DNA of 64,000 bases from Pseudomonadota bacterium (GTDB lineage Bacteria > Pseudomonadota > Gammaproteobacteria > Burkholderiales > Burkholderiaceae_C): positions 14,195 through 78,194 of the forward strand of contig JAZJYR010000024.1 in NCBI GenBank assembly GCA_040390295.1. Direction: 5' to 3'. Shown one piece after another: positions 28,027 to 37,437 of the stretch; the first letter of the stretch is position 1; each line of letters starts with the position of its first letter. The position numbers were made by a program, and so were the translations under genes. The notes beneath the pieces were generated by a model. That model worked only from the letters and a program-made list of their open reading frames with translations, had not been told where the DNA came from and ran no database searches.

Positions 28027-28461
28027 ATGACACTGTCATTTCACGCCCGATCGATCGCGCTGCTGGGACTCTCCGCAGCGTTGCTGGGAGTTGGTCTGTA
28101 CATGGCAAACACGGCCCGCGAAGCACTGACGCGCATCGATGCCCAGGAAAAAAAGCTAGCATTGGCCAACAAGGAGCTTGGACAAAACCGTGCAAATGCC
28201 GACGCATATAGCTTGCTTATCGAGCGTATCGGCTGGCGCCAGGGACAGGATTTGCGTCATGAGCTGATTAACACGTCGGCCACCATTGCGGACAATGAGA
28301 TCGATCGGCTCAACGAGATTCTCAAAGCGAATCACGTTGGCAAGGGACATTTTTTTCTGCGCAGCTTGAGCATTGAGGCGGTTCGCGCAGGGCCTCAGGG
28401 CAAGCCCGCCGTGAAGGTGGCGATGCAGGGCGACAACATCCTGGTACTGGATCGCCCATGA
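28027..28461 (+). CDS. small bitopic assembly protein, PilO/MshJ-like by position
   Basis: N-terminal TM (IALLGLSAALLGVGLYM), a coiled coil, then a small alpha/beta part. Confidence 0.4.
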   Translation: MTLSFHARSIALLGLSAALLGVGLYMANTAREALTRIDAQEKKLALANKELGQNRANADAYSLLIERIGWRQGQDLRHELINTSATIADNEIDRLNEILKANHVGKGHFFLRSLSIEAVRAGPQGKPAVKVAMQGDNILVLDRP

Positions 28462-28886
28462 AGCACTTTCTGCCCTTCCTTCTGATTCCGTTCCTGGCGG
28501 CAGCTGGCTGGGGACTGGCCTCATATAGTCCGGAGCGTGAAGAAGCGTCCTTTCCACAAATTGCGGAAATTGAAGAACCGCCGTTGCTTGGGCAGCCACC
28601 AGCAAGGCCGCAAACCGATGGACCGGTACGGGTGCGCATGACTGCACTGCTGCCACCAGCCACAGTGGCAGCCAACCCTGAGAATCCCAGCCTGCGCCAG
28701 CCTGAACCCCGCGTATCAGCAATTCTGGTTGACGGCTCGCGCCGGGTTGCCCAAATTGACGGAATTGCGCTCGCTGTTGGCGAAAGTCGAGGTGTTTACA
28801 GGGTCGCCGTCATTGAATCAGAGCGGGTGCTTTTCGTGCAGACCGTACTAGGCACCAAGCGCTGGATTCAAGTGAATCCACAATAA
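28458..28886 (+). CDS. small periplasmic assembly protein, MshK/PilP-like
   Basis: Signal/TM segment, a Pro-rich linker, then ILVDGSRRVAQIDGIALAVGESRGVYRVAVIESERVLF. This pattern is typical of the small secretin-associated proteins. Confidence 0.45.
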   Translation: MKHFLPFLLIPFLAAAGWGLASYSPEREEASFPQIAEIEEPPLLGQPPARPQTDGPVRVRMTALLPPATVAANPENPSLRQPEPRVSAILVDGSRRVAQIDGIALAVGESRGVYRVAVIESERVLFVQTVLGTKRWIQVNPQ

Positions 28887-28888
28887 AA

Positions 28889-30364
28889 ATGGGCTATTGC
28901 GTGAAAAACTCCCGATATATCCCCCAAAAAATTGCATACGTATTCCCGTTGTGGATCGCAACGGTCTTCCTGGGTGCGTGCACACCCCTGGTCAAGACGC
29001 CGCCGGGATCTGAAGCCATTCCACCCACAGCCTACGCCCAGGTCAACCGGAAACTGAAGGAGGCGCAGGCGGCGCTGCCTGCAGCACCAGTCGCATTGCC
29101 GCCCGAGCAACGACTGCCCTCCTTTGACGGTAACGCCGACAAGGGCACGGGCCAGCCTGCGCTTTACTCCTTCAAGGCGCGCGAATTGCCGTTGCGTGAT
29201 GCCTTGGGGCTGCTGGCTCGCGCCCACGGACTGAACATCGTCGCCGACCCCGACATCACCGGCACGGTCACTGTGGACTTTCAGGATGTGCCCTTGTCGA
29301 AGGCTTTCGACATTTTGCTGTCCAGCATGGGTTATTCATGGGATGAGGAACAAGGCATCATTCGCGTCCGCTCGTCTATCACGCGTACTTTCGAAGTCGA
29401 CTACATCCGGGCCGCCCGCTCAACAGGCCCAGCGGGTGCCGCTGGCGCAGCCGGTGGCGGGAGCAGTACGTTCTGGGCCGAATTCGAAGCCGAGGTGCGA
29501 TCATTGCTATCGCCCAAGGGACGCCTGACAGTCAACAGGCTCACTGGAACGGTGATGCTGACCGATCTGCCTTCCAAGGTTGCAGGCGCCGCACGTTACA
29601 TCGAACTGATGCGCGAGGGGATGTACCGCCAGATCGATATTGAAGTGCGTATCGTCGAGGTAACCCTGAGCGACAATTTTGCACTGGGACTGGACTGGAG
29701 CCGGTTCAAAATCAATCCATTGCGCGGTTCCCTCGCGATCAACACAATCATCAACGCACCTCAGGCGACAAGCCGGTTACCCGGCACCCTTGCAGCCAGC
29801 TTTAGTGGCGACCGCTACGGCGCACTGATAGAAGCCATGCGCGAACAGGGCGATGTGAGGGTGGTATCCCAACCACGGATCCGGATCCTGAACAACCAGA
29901 CGGCTTCAGTGAAGGTTGGTACTGACGAAACTTTTTTCAGCCGTTCGACCAACCGCATCATTCAGGGCGGCGGCAACGTGCTGGACACCGTCAACGAACA
30001 GGGACTTAGTGTCAACTTTGGCGTCTCGCTGACAGTGACGCCGCAGATTTCAGCCGACGGCTGGGCCATGATCAACGTCGCCCCGACTGTCACCCGACTG
30101 GCGGGCATCACCACATCACCTTCAGGTCAGAGCAGCGCGCCAATTCTGGACGTCAGCCAGACCAGCACCATGATCCGGGTGCGGACCGGCGAACTGGTGA
30201 TGCTGGGCGGCCTGATTCAGGAGCAGACCAGCGACACGAACCGCCGTGTGCCTGGGCTGGGCGATCTGCCGGTTGTGGGCAACGCCTTCAAGAGTACCTA
30301 CCAGGCGGGCCTGCGCAAGGAACTGGTGATCTTTCTGGTCCCCACAGTTCAGCCAGGCCAGTAA
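28889..30364 (+). CDS. mshL: lipoprotein secretin (MshL/PilQ/GspD family)
   Basis: Lipobox FLGAC. Secretin core VVSQPRIRILNNQTASVKVG...PGLGDLPVVGNAFKS...ELVIFLVPTV. Confidence 0.85.
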   Translation: MGYCVKNSRYIPQKIAYVFPLWIATVFLGACTPLVKTPPGSEAIPPTAYAQVNRKLKEAQAALPAAPVALPPEQRLPSFDGNADKGTGQPALYSFKARELPLRDALGLLARAHGLNIVADPDITGTVTVDFQDVPLSKAFDILLSSMGYSWDEEQGIIRVRSSITRTFEVDYIRAARSTGPAGAAGAAGGGSSTFWAEFEAEVRSLLSPKGRLTVNRLTGTVMLTDLPSKVAGAARYIELMREGMYRQIDIEVRIVEVTLSDNFALGLDWSRFKINPLRGSLAINTIINAPQATSRLPGTLAASFSGDRYGALIEAMREQGDVRVVSQPRIRILNNQTASVKVGTDETFFSRSTNRIIQGGGNVLDTVNEQGLSVNFGVSLTVTPQISADGWAMINVAPTVTRLAGITTSPSGQSSAPILDVSQTSTMIRVRTGELVMLGGLIQEQTSDTNRRVPGLGDLPVVGNAFKSTYQAGLRKELVIFLVPTVQPGQ

Positions 30365-30382
30365 ACCTTAGATTACCCACAC

Positions 30383-31213
30383 ATGCAAACCACAATGGCT
30401 CCGCGCTACCAGGCACTGGGATTTAACAACGTCCCGTTCTCGATCACGCCGGATACCTCTTTGTTTTTCGCGGGGAAACAGCATGTCATTGCATATAACC
30501 GTCTCCACCATGCCTGCATGAATGGCACCATGTCCGTCCTCTCAGGAGAGATCGGCCTTGGCAAGACGCTGATCCTGCGCTGCGTCATGCGCAGCTTGCC
30601 CGCGCATGTGCGGGTTGCCTACCTGATCAACCCTCTGATGGGGCTAGCCGACATGCTGCGGGAGATCTACTCGGAATTCGGCGGCCCGCCTGCCGAAAAG
30701 GAAAATCTGGTCACGCTGAACAGAGCACTGATCAAGCTGATTTTGGAGGGTGCCGCTCGCGGCGAACGCTTCGTCGTCATTGTCGACGAAGCCCAACGCC
30801 TTACAAGCGAGGCGCTGGAGTCGTTGCGTATGCTGTCCAATCTCGAAACCGAACGGGTCAAACTCATAAGCCTGGTGCTAGTCGGTCAGACTGAGCTCGA
30901 GACAACGCTCAAGCTGCGCGCCATGCGCCCGCTGCGAGAACGCATTGGCGTATGGCTGGTGCTGGCGCCCCTGAGCAGGGACGAATGCGCCGCTTACGTG
31001 CGACACCGCTTGGCCTGTACACACAGCAGCGGGGACTTCAGCTTCAGTCCGGCAGCGCTGTGGTGGCTGCAATACAAAACCCGCGGGGTCCCACGGCGTA
31101 TTAACCTGGCATGCGAACGGGCTGTGTTGTTAGCACACACACACCGCACGCGCCGTGTGAGCCTGGACCTCATCAGGCAGGCCTGCAATGAATTTTCAAA
31201 GTTCTGGCAATGA
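30383..31213 (+). CDS. ExeA/MshM-like AAA ATPase
   Basis: Walker A GEIGLGKTL, Walker B VVIVDEAQ, and SLRMLSNLE...LVGQTEL as in ExeA/MshM. Confidence 0.8.
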   Translation: MQTTMAPRYQALGFNNVPFSITPDTSLFFAGKQHVIAYNRLHHACMNGTMSVLSGEIGLGKTLILRCVMRSLPAHVRVAYLINPLMGLADMLREIYSEFGGPPAEKENLVTLNRALIKLILEGAARGERFVVIVDEAQRLTSEALESLRMLSNLETERVKLISLVLVGQTELETTLKLRAMRPLRERIGVWLVLAPLSRDECAAYVRHRLACTHSSGDFSFSPAALWWLQYKTRGVPRRINLACERAVLLAHTHRTRRVSLDLIRQACNEFSKFWQ

Positions 31214-32649
31214 GCGCAATCGAACAAGCGCTGCGTCAGATTGATCTGCAACGCGAGAGCAAGCCCGCTGCGGCCGGGATTCATCCACGCCAGGGAAATC
31301 ACATGCTCATTGACTCTCCGGGCGTGGCGGCAGCCCCACCGGGCAAGCGATGGGGAATCTGGCTTCTATTGCTGGCGATATTGGGCGCGTTGCTGGCTTT
31401 CGGTCTACGGCTGGATCTTATTCAAATCGTGATGAAGCCTGCTGCGAGACCCGCCGCTACCACAGGCAAGCTGATCACGCCAACAGCGACAGTTTTCCCA
31501 CCCTTTCAGCCCGACACCTCGAACACGGCGCAGGCCCAAGCCAGCGCTGTACTACCAAAGGCGGACTGGATGGCTCAGGCGTCTCGCGCTTGGGACGGCG
31601 GGGCATGGGACTATGCGGCGCGTCTCTGGTTAGAGGGCCTGCGCCGCACAGCGCCGTCAACACTGGCGTTGCAGCTTGCCGACCTTCAGACTCTTGAGCA
31701 GACGCAGCGGATGTACCAGACATGGTCACGTGACTGGCCGTTGGTGATCCTGGCACAAAATTCTCCGGCAGGACCGCGCTGGATGGTGCTGGTGCTGCCG
31801 GAAGCGGCCGATGTAGGTGCGGTGCAGCAGCGCCTCGCCCGGGTGCTTGGCCAGCCGGTGGCGTGGGCCAGCGTGATGCAGTGGGTGGCGACGGCCGAAC
31901 TGGGGCCCTCGATGACGGTAACGCCACCAGCTACGGCACTCATTACACAGCCCTCACCCACAGCGCCCACGACACAACCAACGGCCGCCGCCCCCGACGT
32001 TCCTGCGCAGAAAGATGCCAAACCAGATAGGACTCGGCAGGCGTCGAGCCCATCGCCTCTACCAGCAGCGTCCAAGATCAGCGCCACAGTGCCGCGAGGA
32101 GAATCGGTCGAGCCTCCGCAGGTGAACAGGTCCAATGGCGCAGCCGTGACTGACCAGGCACGCGCGGCTGTGGCGTCCAAAGCCATTGATGTGAATTTCT
32201 CTGCTGCAGAGCTACTACTGGCAAGGGGAGAGTTCGATAAGGCGTTCACCGCTGTCGAGCAGTTAGAGGGCTACATGGGCTCGAACTGGCGTACGCGCTA
32301 CCTTGCAGGCGTTGCTCTGTCAGGCCTGGGACGCTGGAAAGAAGCAGTGCCAGCATTGACCAGCGCAAGTCAGAAGAACCCCGATCACGCAAGAGCGTCG
32401 CTGTACCTTGCGGTGGCGTTGCAGGAGTCGGGCGACCATACGGGCGCCATCGACACCCTTGTCAAAGCGACAGCAAGCCACCCCGAAATGCCGGAACTCT
32501 GGCTTAACCAGGGCCATTCACTACAGGCACTTGGCCGGACCGAAGAGGCCACCCAGGCCTACAGGCGCTTCCTCAATCTCAGCGCCAATCGCGGCGATCT
32601 GAACCAGCAGCGCAGTTGGGTCGAAAAGCGCCTGCAGAAGGCAGACTGA
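31210..32649 (+). CDS. MshN-like bitopic protein with C-terminal TPR repeats
   Basis: One TM (WGIWLLLLAILGALLAFGL), a Pro/Thr/Ala-rich linker, and TPR-like helices at the C-terminus. It follows the ExeA-like ATPase, as in msh loci. Confidence 0.6.
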   Translation: MSAIEQALRQIDLQRESKPAAAGIHPRQGNHMLIDSPGVAAAPPGKRWGIWLLLLAILGALLAFGLRLDLIQIVMKPAARPAATTGKLITPTATVFPPFQPDTSNTAQAQASAVLPKADWMAQASRAWDGGAWDYAARLWLEGLRRTAPSTLALQLADLQTLEQTQRMYQTWSRDWPLVILAQNSPAGPRWMVLVLPEAADVGAVQQRLARVLGQPVAWASVMQWVATAELGPSMTVTPPATALITQPSPTAPTTQPTAAAPDVPAQKDAKPDRTRQASSPSPLPAASKISATVPRGESVEPPQVNRSNGAAVTDQARAAVASKAIDVNFSAAELLLARGEFDKAFTAVEQLEGYMGSNWRTRYLAGVALSGLGRWKEAVPALTSASQKNPDHARASLYLAVALQESGDHTGAIDTLVKATASHPEMPELWLNQGHSLQALGRTEEATQAYRRFLNLSANRGDLNQQRSWVEKRLQKAD

Positions 32650-33437
32650 TGTCAGCGCCCACCCGTTCCAGATCAAAAGGTCCTGGATACGCACAGCAGC
32701 GTTGCAGCCAAAACGGCTTCTCGTTGATCGAGATTGCCATGGCGCTTGCATTGATGGGCGTATTGGTCAGCATGACCCTGAAATCCCAGGAGTTGCTGGA
32801 ACAATACCGCGAAAATCAGTTTGTGGCTCAGGTGCAGACGCTGATAGCCAACGTCCGCGCCCACCGCAGTTCACTCGGCCGATGGCCGGGCGACTGCAAC
32901 CGGGACGGCTTGGTGGACAACACTTTCACGACTTTGACTACTGAACCCGGCATGGATCTGGAATATGTCGTGCCGCAATCGTTCACCGCAGCAGCCGGTT
33001 CAGCCGCGACCTATGCCGTGGGGAACGTATGCCCGCTGAGCACGTTACTGCCTTTTGAGAACGTCAACGTTCCGTTCAACGAACTCAAGCTCGCGGGCCT
33101 AGCCCCACTTGGCGAACCTAACCGCAAATCGGCCAACCACGGCTTGACCGGATTTGCCTACGTGGGCACATTTGAGACGACCGCTTCCTCCGCCACGATT
33201 GAGCAGAGGTTCAATGCAGTATTGCTCACTGACGTCCCCAAACAGGCGGCAAGACGGCTGGCCAACGCCATCGACGGGCACGACGGCACCGCCGCCAACA
33301 TGGGCAGGGTGCGCCGCGTCAACAGCGACCTGCATACCTTCGCAAAGCTATGGACCCCTGTCGACGAAAGCCAGACGGGTCGCATCAATGTGGTCGTTTT
33401 TTTTGACCGCATTCCTACGAGCATGGTTCTCCTGTAA
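32649..33437 (+). CDS. second type IV pilin-like protein, paralog of 21090-21920, with a 23-aa leader
   Basis: ...CSQNG/FSLIEIAMALALMGVLV. It shares GDCNxDG, NELKLAG, ARRxAxAIxGxD and the VVxFFDRIP end with the first pilin. The ATG overlaps the mshN-like stop (TGATG), and the ORF is open from 32616. Confidence 0.8.
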   Translation: MSAPTRSRSKGPGYAQQRCSQNGFSLIEIAMALALMGVLVSMTLKSQELLEQYRENQFVAQVQTLIANVRAHRSSLGRWPGDCNRDGLVDNTFTTLTTEPGMDLEYVVPQSFTAAAGSAATYAVGNVCPLSTLLPFENVNVPFNELKLAGLAPLGEPNRKSANHGLTGFAYVGTFETTASSATIEQRFNAVLLTDVPKQAARRLANAIDGHDGTAANMGRVRRVNSDLHTFAKLWTPVDESQTGRINVVVFFDRIPTSMVLL

Positions 33438-33996
33438 TCCAAACAGAAGCTTTCCAGGGATGTTGAGCTTCGAAGCAGCGGCATAGCTGACTGGGCTGCT
33501 GCCGGTTCCGTGGACACCGACCTAAACTTTTTGAGCTTTCTCAAACTCTATAGGACTGACTGTTGATTTCCATCCAATCTTGACCCCGGTAAGATGGATC
33601 TAAAAATCGGTATCCCGGTATGCATACTAGGTAAAGCTACCGACATTTACCCTGATTGCAGAGCATGAACTAAGGACCCAAGGATCCGGCAGCTTGCGTT
33701 GACTGCTACAACGAAGGAGTCAGACGCAATAGAGATGTCCTCACTGACTTACTCGATGAGCTATTGGCCTTGGCTGGCCGCCTGGGAAAAGCCAAAGATG
33801 TGAAGCGGTATCACTCGCTATTGCTGCTCACGGGTGTTACTGTGTGGGATGACAAAGAAGGGTCGATGGACGCTCACTTTGAACAGAAATTCCCAGCAGC
33901 ACTGCGCTACCCAACCAATGACTATCTCAAGCATGCGTCAAAAAATGCGGATGTGCGAATCGCTCCAAAACCCTAAGCTGCTCGGTGAGCACCGGG

Positions 33997-34971
33997 TCAC
34001 CCTAGGCGCCATGCCCCTTGCGATCGCGGCCTGACGCTGGACACCAGGCGCCCCTCGCAGAGCAACTGTTCGACGGCATCGGCCTGGCGCTGATCGCGAC
34101 GGCGCTTGATCTGTTCGCGTGTATCCAGCTGGGCTAGCCACCGTTTAAAGTCCACGAAGATGCCGGGGTCCACCGTGCGCATCCGCGCCATGGAGCCATC
34201 GCCGCCGATGACCACCTGCTCGTAAGCCTTTGAGTTCAGGAATTCCTGGGCGTTTTCTGCTGGCACCGGTAGTACATCTCCTTCCTTGCCCGATATGGAG
34301 TCTGCCACCTTGTCGTCTGGCCCCCTTCGTCTCAGGAAGTCGACGGCGAAGCCTTCGGCATTCACAGCCGATTCCTTCTGATCCTCCATGCGTTCGAACG
34401 AAGTGTCAACGAGCTGCAGCAGCTGAAGCATGGTAAGCCCGGCGGCGTCTAGATTGGCAACTAGCCTGATGCGCTGTTGCACATCCCAGAGCAGATCCAC
34501 ATCACGAGTCGTCGTGCTCTCCGCATCGAATGCAACGCCTGCTGCGACCTCGTAGGCATAGAGCGCGTGCGTGCCGATCACGCGGTAGTAGCCGCCCAGA
34601 CCTTTGTTGTCGAGTTCGTTAAGGATCTGGATGACGATGGTAGGAACACGGGCGGTCCCCATCGACACGTTGCGGCCTCGCGCGACTTGCAAGTCTTTGG
34701 TCGATAGCTCGAGCATCTGATTGGCTGCGAGCTGCTCCGCCACATATTTGTTGTACAGGGCGACCCGCTCGTCGGTTTGGTCGCCGAGCGAGTGTTCTCG
34801 GCCGTCGCTTTGCGTTTTGATCAGCTGCAGGACGCCTCCGCGTTCCTGCCAGTTCATCTTCGCAGGGTAGCGGCTTTGCAGCGTCTGAGCCGCAGAGGCG
34901 TGCCGGTCGAAAGCGACCGCCGACTCGGCGAGCTGCTTGATTACCTCATCTTCGAGAAGGGCATACGTCAA
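33997..34971 (-). CDS. nucleotidyltransferase-fold protein (resembles what I recall as the GSU2403 family), catalytic dyad present
   Basis: VIGTHALYAYEVAAGVAFDAESTTTRDVDLLWD is a G[ST]...DxD minimal NTase motif. It has a ~130-aa helical N-terminal extension and a conserved C-terminal block YEQVVIGGDGSMARMRTVDP. Confidence 0.6.
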   Translation of the reverse strand: MTYALLEDEVIKQLAESAVAFDRHASAAQTLQSRYPAKMNWQERGGVLQLIKTQSDGREHSLGDQTDERVALYNKYVAEQLAANQMLELSTKDLQVARGRNVSMGTARVPTIVIQILNELDNKGLGGYYRVIGTHALYAYEVAAGVAFDAESTTTRDVDLLWDVQQRIRLVANLDAAGLTMLQLLQLVDTSFERMEDQKESAVNAEGFAVDFLRRRGPDDKVADSISGKEGDVLPVPAENAQEFLNSKAYEQVVIGGDGSMARMRTVDPGIFVDFKRWLAQLDTREQIKRRRDQRQADAVEQLLCEGRLVSSVRPRSQGAWRLG

Positions 34972-35039
34972 AGCAGAGTCTCCATTGAGTTTTCGAATAG
35001 CCGGCGACGGAGTGTTCCTGCTCGCGGGTCGGCAGGGCT

Positions 35040-36125
35040 TCAGACGCGATCGAGGGCAACCTCGCCAGCCGCGGCGAGGGCAAGGACTTCGTTGTTCAGG
35101 GCTTCGCTGGCGGCAGCGTCAAGCTTGGAGGTCACCATCGAGGATTCAAGCAATCCCTCAACAAGCCGGATTTTCTGCTCTGTCTGCTCGCTGTCCGCAC
35201 ACTTGCCCCTGCGCAGTTGAAGCGCGTGCTCCCAACTCACAAAGACTTGCGGATCGAGGGTACGCATCACGGCCATTTTCCCTGTCTTGCCCACGACCAC
35301 CTGCTCATAGGTGGGAGCCCGCACGAGCAGCTTGACCCAAGCGTCAGTATGCGCCGCATGCTGCGACGCGGCTGCGTTGACCCGCAAGGTCATCACCTTC
35401 CGCGCCTTCGCTGCGGCCAGGCCTTTCTCAGGAAACTTCCTAGTCTTGGCGCTTGCCTTAGTCTTGGCTGCAACCCTAGGCATTGCAGTTGCGAAGCGGA
35501 CGTTCAAATCCCACCACGGGGAATGAGGTGCCGCGCTTGCCTCGACCTCTGCGACTGCCCTCAGGGAATGCTTCAGCTGCCGCAGCAGATCTGTCGGCCC
35601 GTTCCTCGGGGATTGGACGAGAACGCGCAGCGCGTCGGGATGGCGCTCCAGCAGCGCACCCTTTTGGCCCTCCAACTTCACGCTGTCCAGCTTGACCCCG
35701 GACGATTGACTGTAGGCGTAGAGCGCCGGCCAGCCCAAGATGACGCTCTTGTCGGCGAGCCCGTGCTGCTCAAGTTGCGTTAGGACCTCGATGACCTCCG
35801 TGGGTACAGCGCCGGCCTGGACAGCCTTGTTCATGCGCTGGTTGATCTCGACGTTTGTCTTCAGGATCTCGAGACGAGCCTTCAGGCGGTGTTTCGTCGC
35901 CTGAAATTCGGCGCGCTCCGCCTCGGTTGCGGGCGACCTCTTGCCCTTGCGATGGATGACACCGCGCACTTTGTGTAGCAGGTACTCGTAGGTACCCACC
36001 TTCTTGAAAAACAGGCTTCCATCTAAGGCGTCTAGTTCGCGCCGCACGCGCACGTATTCCCGAAACAACCGTGTCGAGTCGATAGCTTGTCGGGCGGCAA
36101 GGTCTGTGATTCTTGGGAGCTCCAC
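35040..36125 (-). CDS. diverged paralog of the nucleotidyltransferase-fold protein lacking the acidic dyad
   Basis: It aligns with the downstream gene (VPTEVIEVLTQLEQHGL...ILGWPALYAY...YEQVVVGKTGKMAVMRTLDP), but TRDVDLL is replaced by GQKGALLERH. Confidence 0.55.
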   Translation of the reverse strand: MELPRITDLAARQAIDSTRLFREYVRVRRELDALDGSLFFKKVGTYEYLLHKVRGVIHRKGKRSPATEAERAEFQATKHRLKARLEILKTNVEINQRMNKAVQAGAVPTEVIEVLTQLEQHGLADKSVILGWPALYAYSQSSGVKLDSVKLEGQKGALLERHPDALRVLVQSPRNGPTDLLRQLKHSLRAVAEVEASAAPHSPWWDLNVRFATAMPRVAAKTKASAKTRKFPEKGLAAAKARKVMTLRVNAAASQHAAHTDAWVKLLVRAPTYEQVVVGKTGKMAVMRTLDPQVFVSWEHALQLRRGKCADSEQTEQKIRLVEGLLESSMVTSKLDAAASEALNNEVLALAAAGEVALDRV

Positions 36126-36169
36126 TTGCTCCTACTCCTAAAACTTCTAAAAAATAGGGGTAAATTACA

Positions 36170-36197
36170 TTAAATCAATGACTTAAGATTGATTTAA
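36170..36197. promoter_or_regulatory. perfect 10-bp inverted repeat upstream of the nucleotidyltransferase pair
   Basis: TTAAATCAAT-gacttaag-ATTGATTTAA lies 45-72 nt upstream of the start at 36125, in an AT-rich stretch. Confidence 0.4.
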
Positions 36198-36412
36198 GAG
36201 ATATTCTAGGGCTGCACGAGGCTTAGGAATACTCAGATTTACTCCAATTTTACAGATTTTCCTAGATTAGGTGCAACCAGGGTCTAGTAACGCCAGCAAG
36301 AGCGGCGATACGGGGCAACGATGCGGATACGAGCCACGGCGGCGGCAGGGGAGCAATTCGAACATTGGCTGAGCCTGCAATGGGCCAGAATCAGAAATAA
36401 GATGCGATCTAG

Positions 36413-37437
36413 ATGTAGTTTCCCAAGAGGTTGTTCACCCGAGGTGAAGGAAGATGGAGGTTCTGACATCCCAACTTCTTCAGGACTCCTCGGATGAACA
36501 TCCACAAGAATGCCTCAATGACGCCCAAAGGTCGAGCCCATTTGGTCAAAGAAATAGCGCGGATTGGTCTGAAGCCAGCGGCGGCAGCCGCTGGCTTGAG
36601 TCCTCGCACGGCCCGCAAGTGGCAGCAGCGCTATTCCCAGGAAGGCTGCGTCGGACTGTTTGACCGCAGTTACCGGCCTCTGGTCTGCCCCCAGCGCAGC
36701 TGCGCCAGCAAAATAGAGCGGGCCGTGCGCTTACGCAGGACTCAGCGCCTGACCTATGAACGCATTGCAGAGCGGGTGGGGCTGTCGCGCAGCGCTGTGG
36801 CACGGGCCTGTAAGGCCGCCGGCGCAGCCAGTCTGCCCACCTTGCAGGATGCACCGCCCGTGGTGCGCTATGAGCGCGCCAGCCCCGGTGAGTTGCTGCA
36901 CCTGGACACCAAGAAGCTGCACCGCTTTGATCGGCCTGGCCACCGGGTGACGGGTGACCGCACCCAGAACACGCCCCGGGCGGGCTCACAAGCGCTGCAT
37001 GTGGCCATCGACGATCACTCAAGGGTGGGATTTAGCCTGCTGCTGCCAGATGAGACAGCGCGCTGTGCCTGCACTCACCTGCTGGCGGCGCTGCGGTTCT
37101 ACAAGGCCTTGGGCGTCAAAGTGACCAGCGTGATGACTGATAACGGCTTGGCTTACAAATCACGGCGCTTTGCCAAGCTACTGCGCCGCCTGAAGATCAG
37201 GCACATCCGCACCAGGCCCTACACACCACGCACCAATGGCAAGGCCGAGCGATTCATCCAAACTTTACTGCGGGAGTGGGCCTATGCCTTCGTCTATCCC
37301 AACTCAGACGCCCGCGCCGGCGAGCTGGCGCCCTGGATGCATCACTACAACTTCACCAGACCTCACTCAGCCGTCTCCCACCGCCCTCCAGCTTCTCGTC
37401 TCGGATTTGATGGGAACAACGTCGTGAGAAACTACAT
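36413..37437 (+). mobile_element. IS481-family insertion sequence flanked by duplicated CTAG
   Basis: IRs ATGTAGTTTCCCAAGAGGTTGTTC and GAACAACGTCGTGAGAAACTACAT. CTAG lies at 36409-36412 and at 37438-37441. Confidence 0.8.

Noticed and set aside
33500-33990. An open frame without a proper start (track ORF 33764-33976) and weak palindromes lie between the second pilin and the nucleotidyltransferase pair.
   Set aside because: There is no start codon or RBS context and no motif. It is probably a gene remnant or non-coding spacer.
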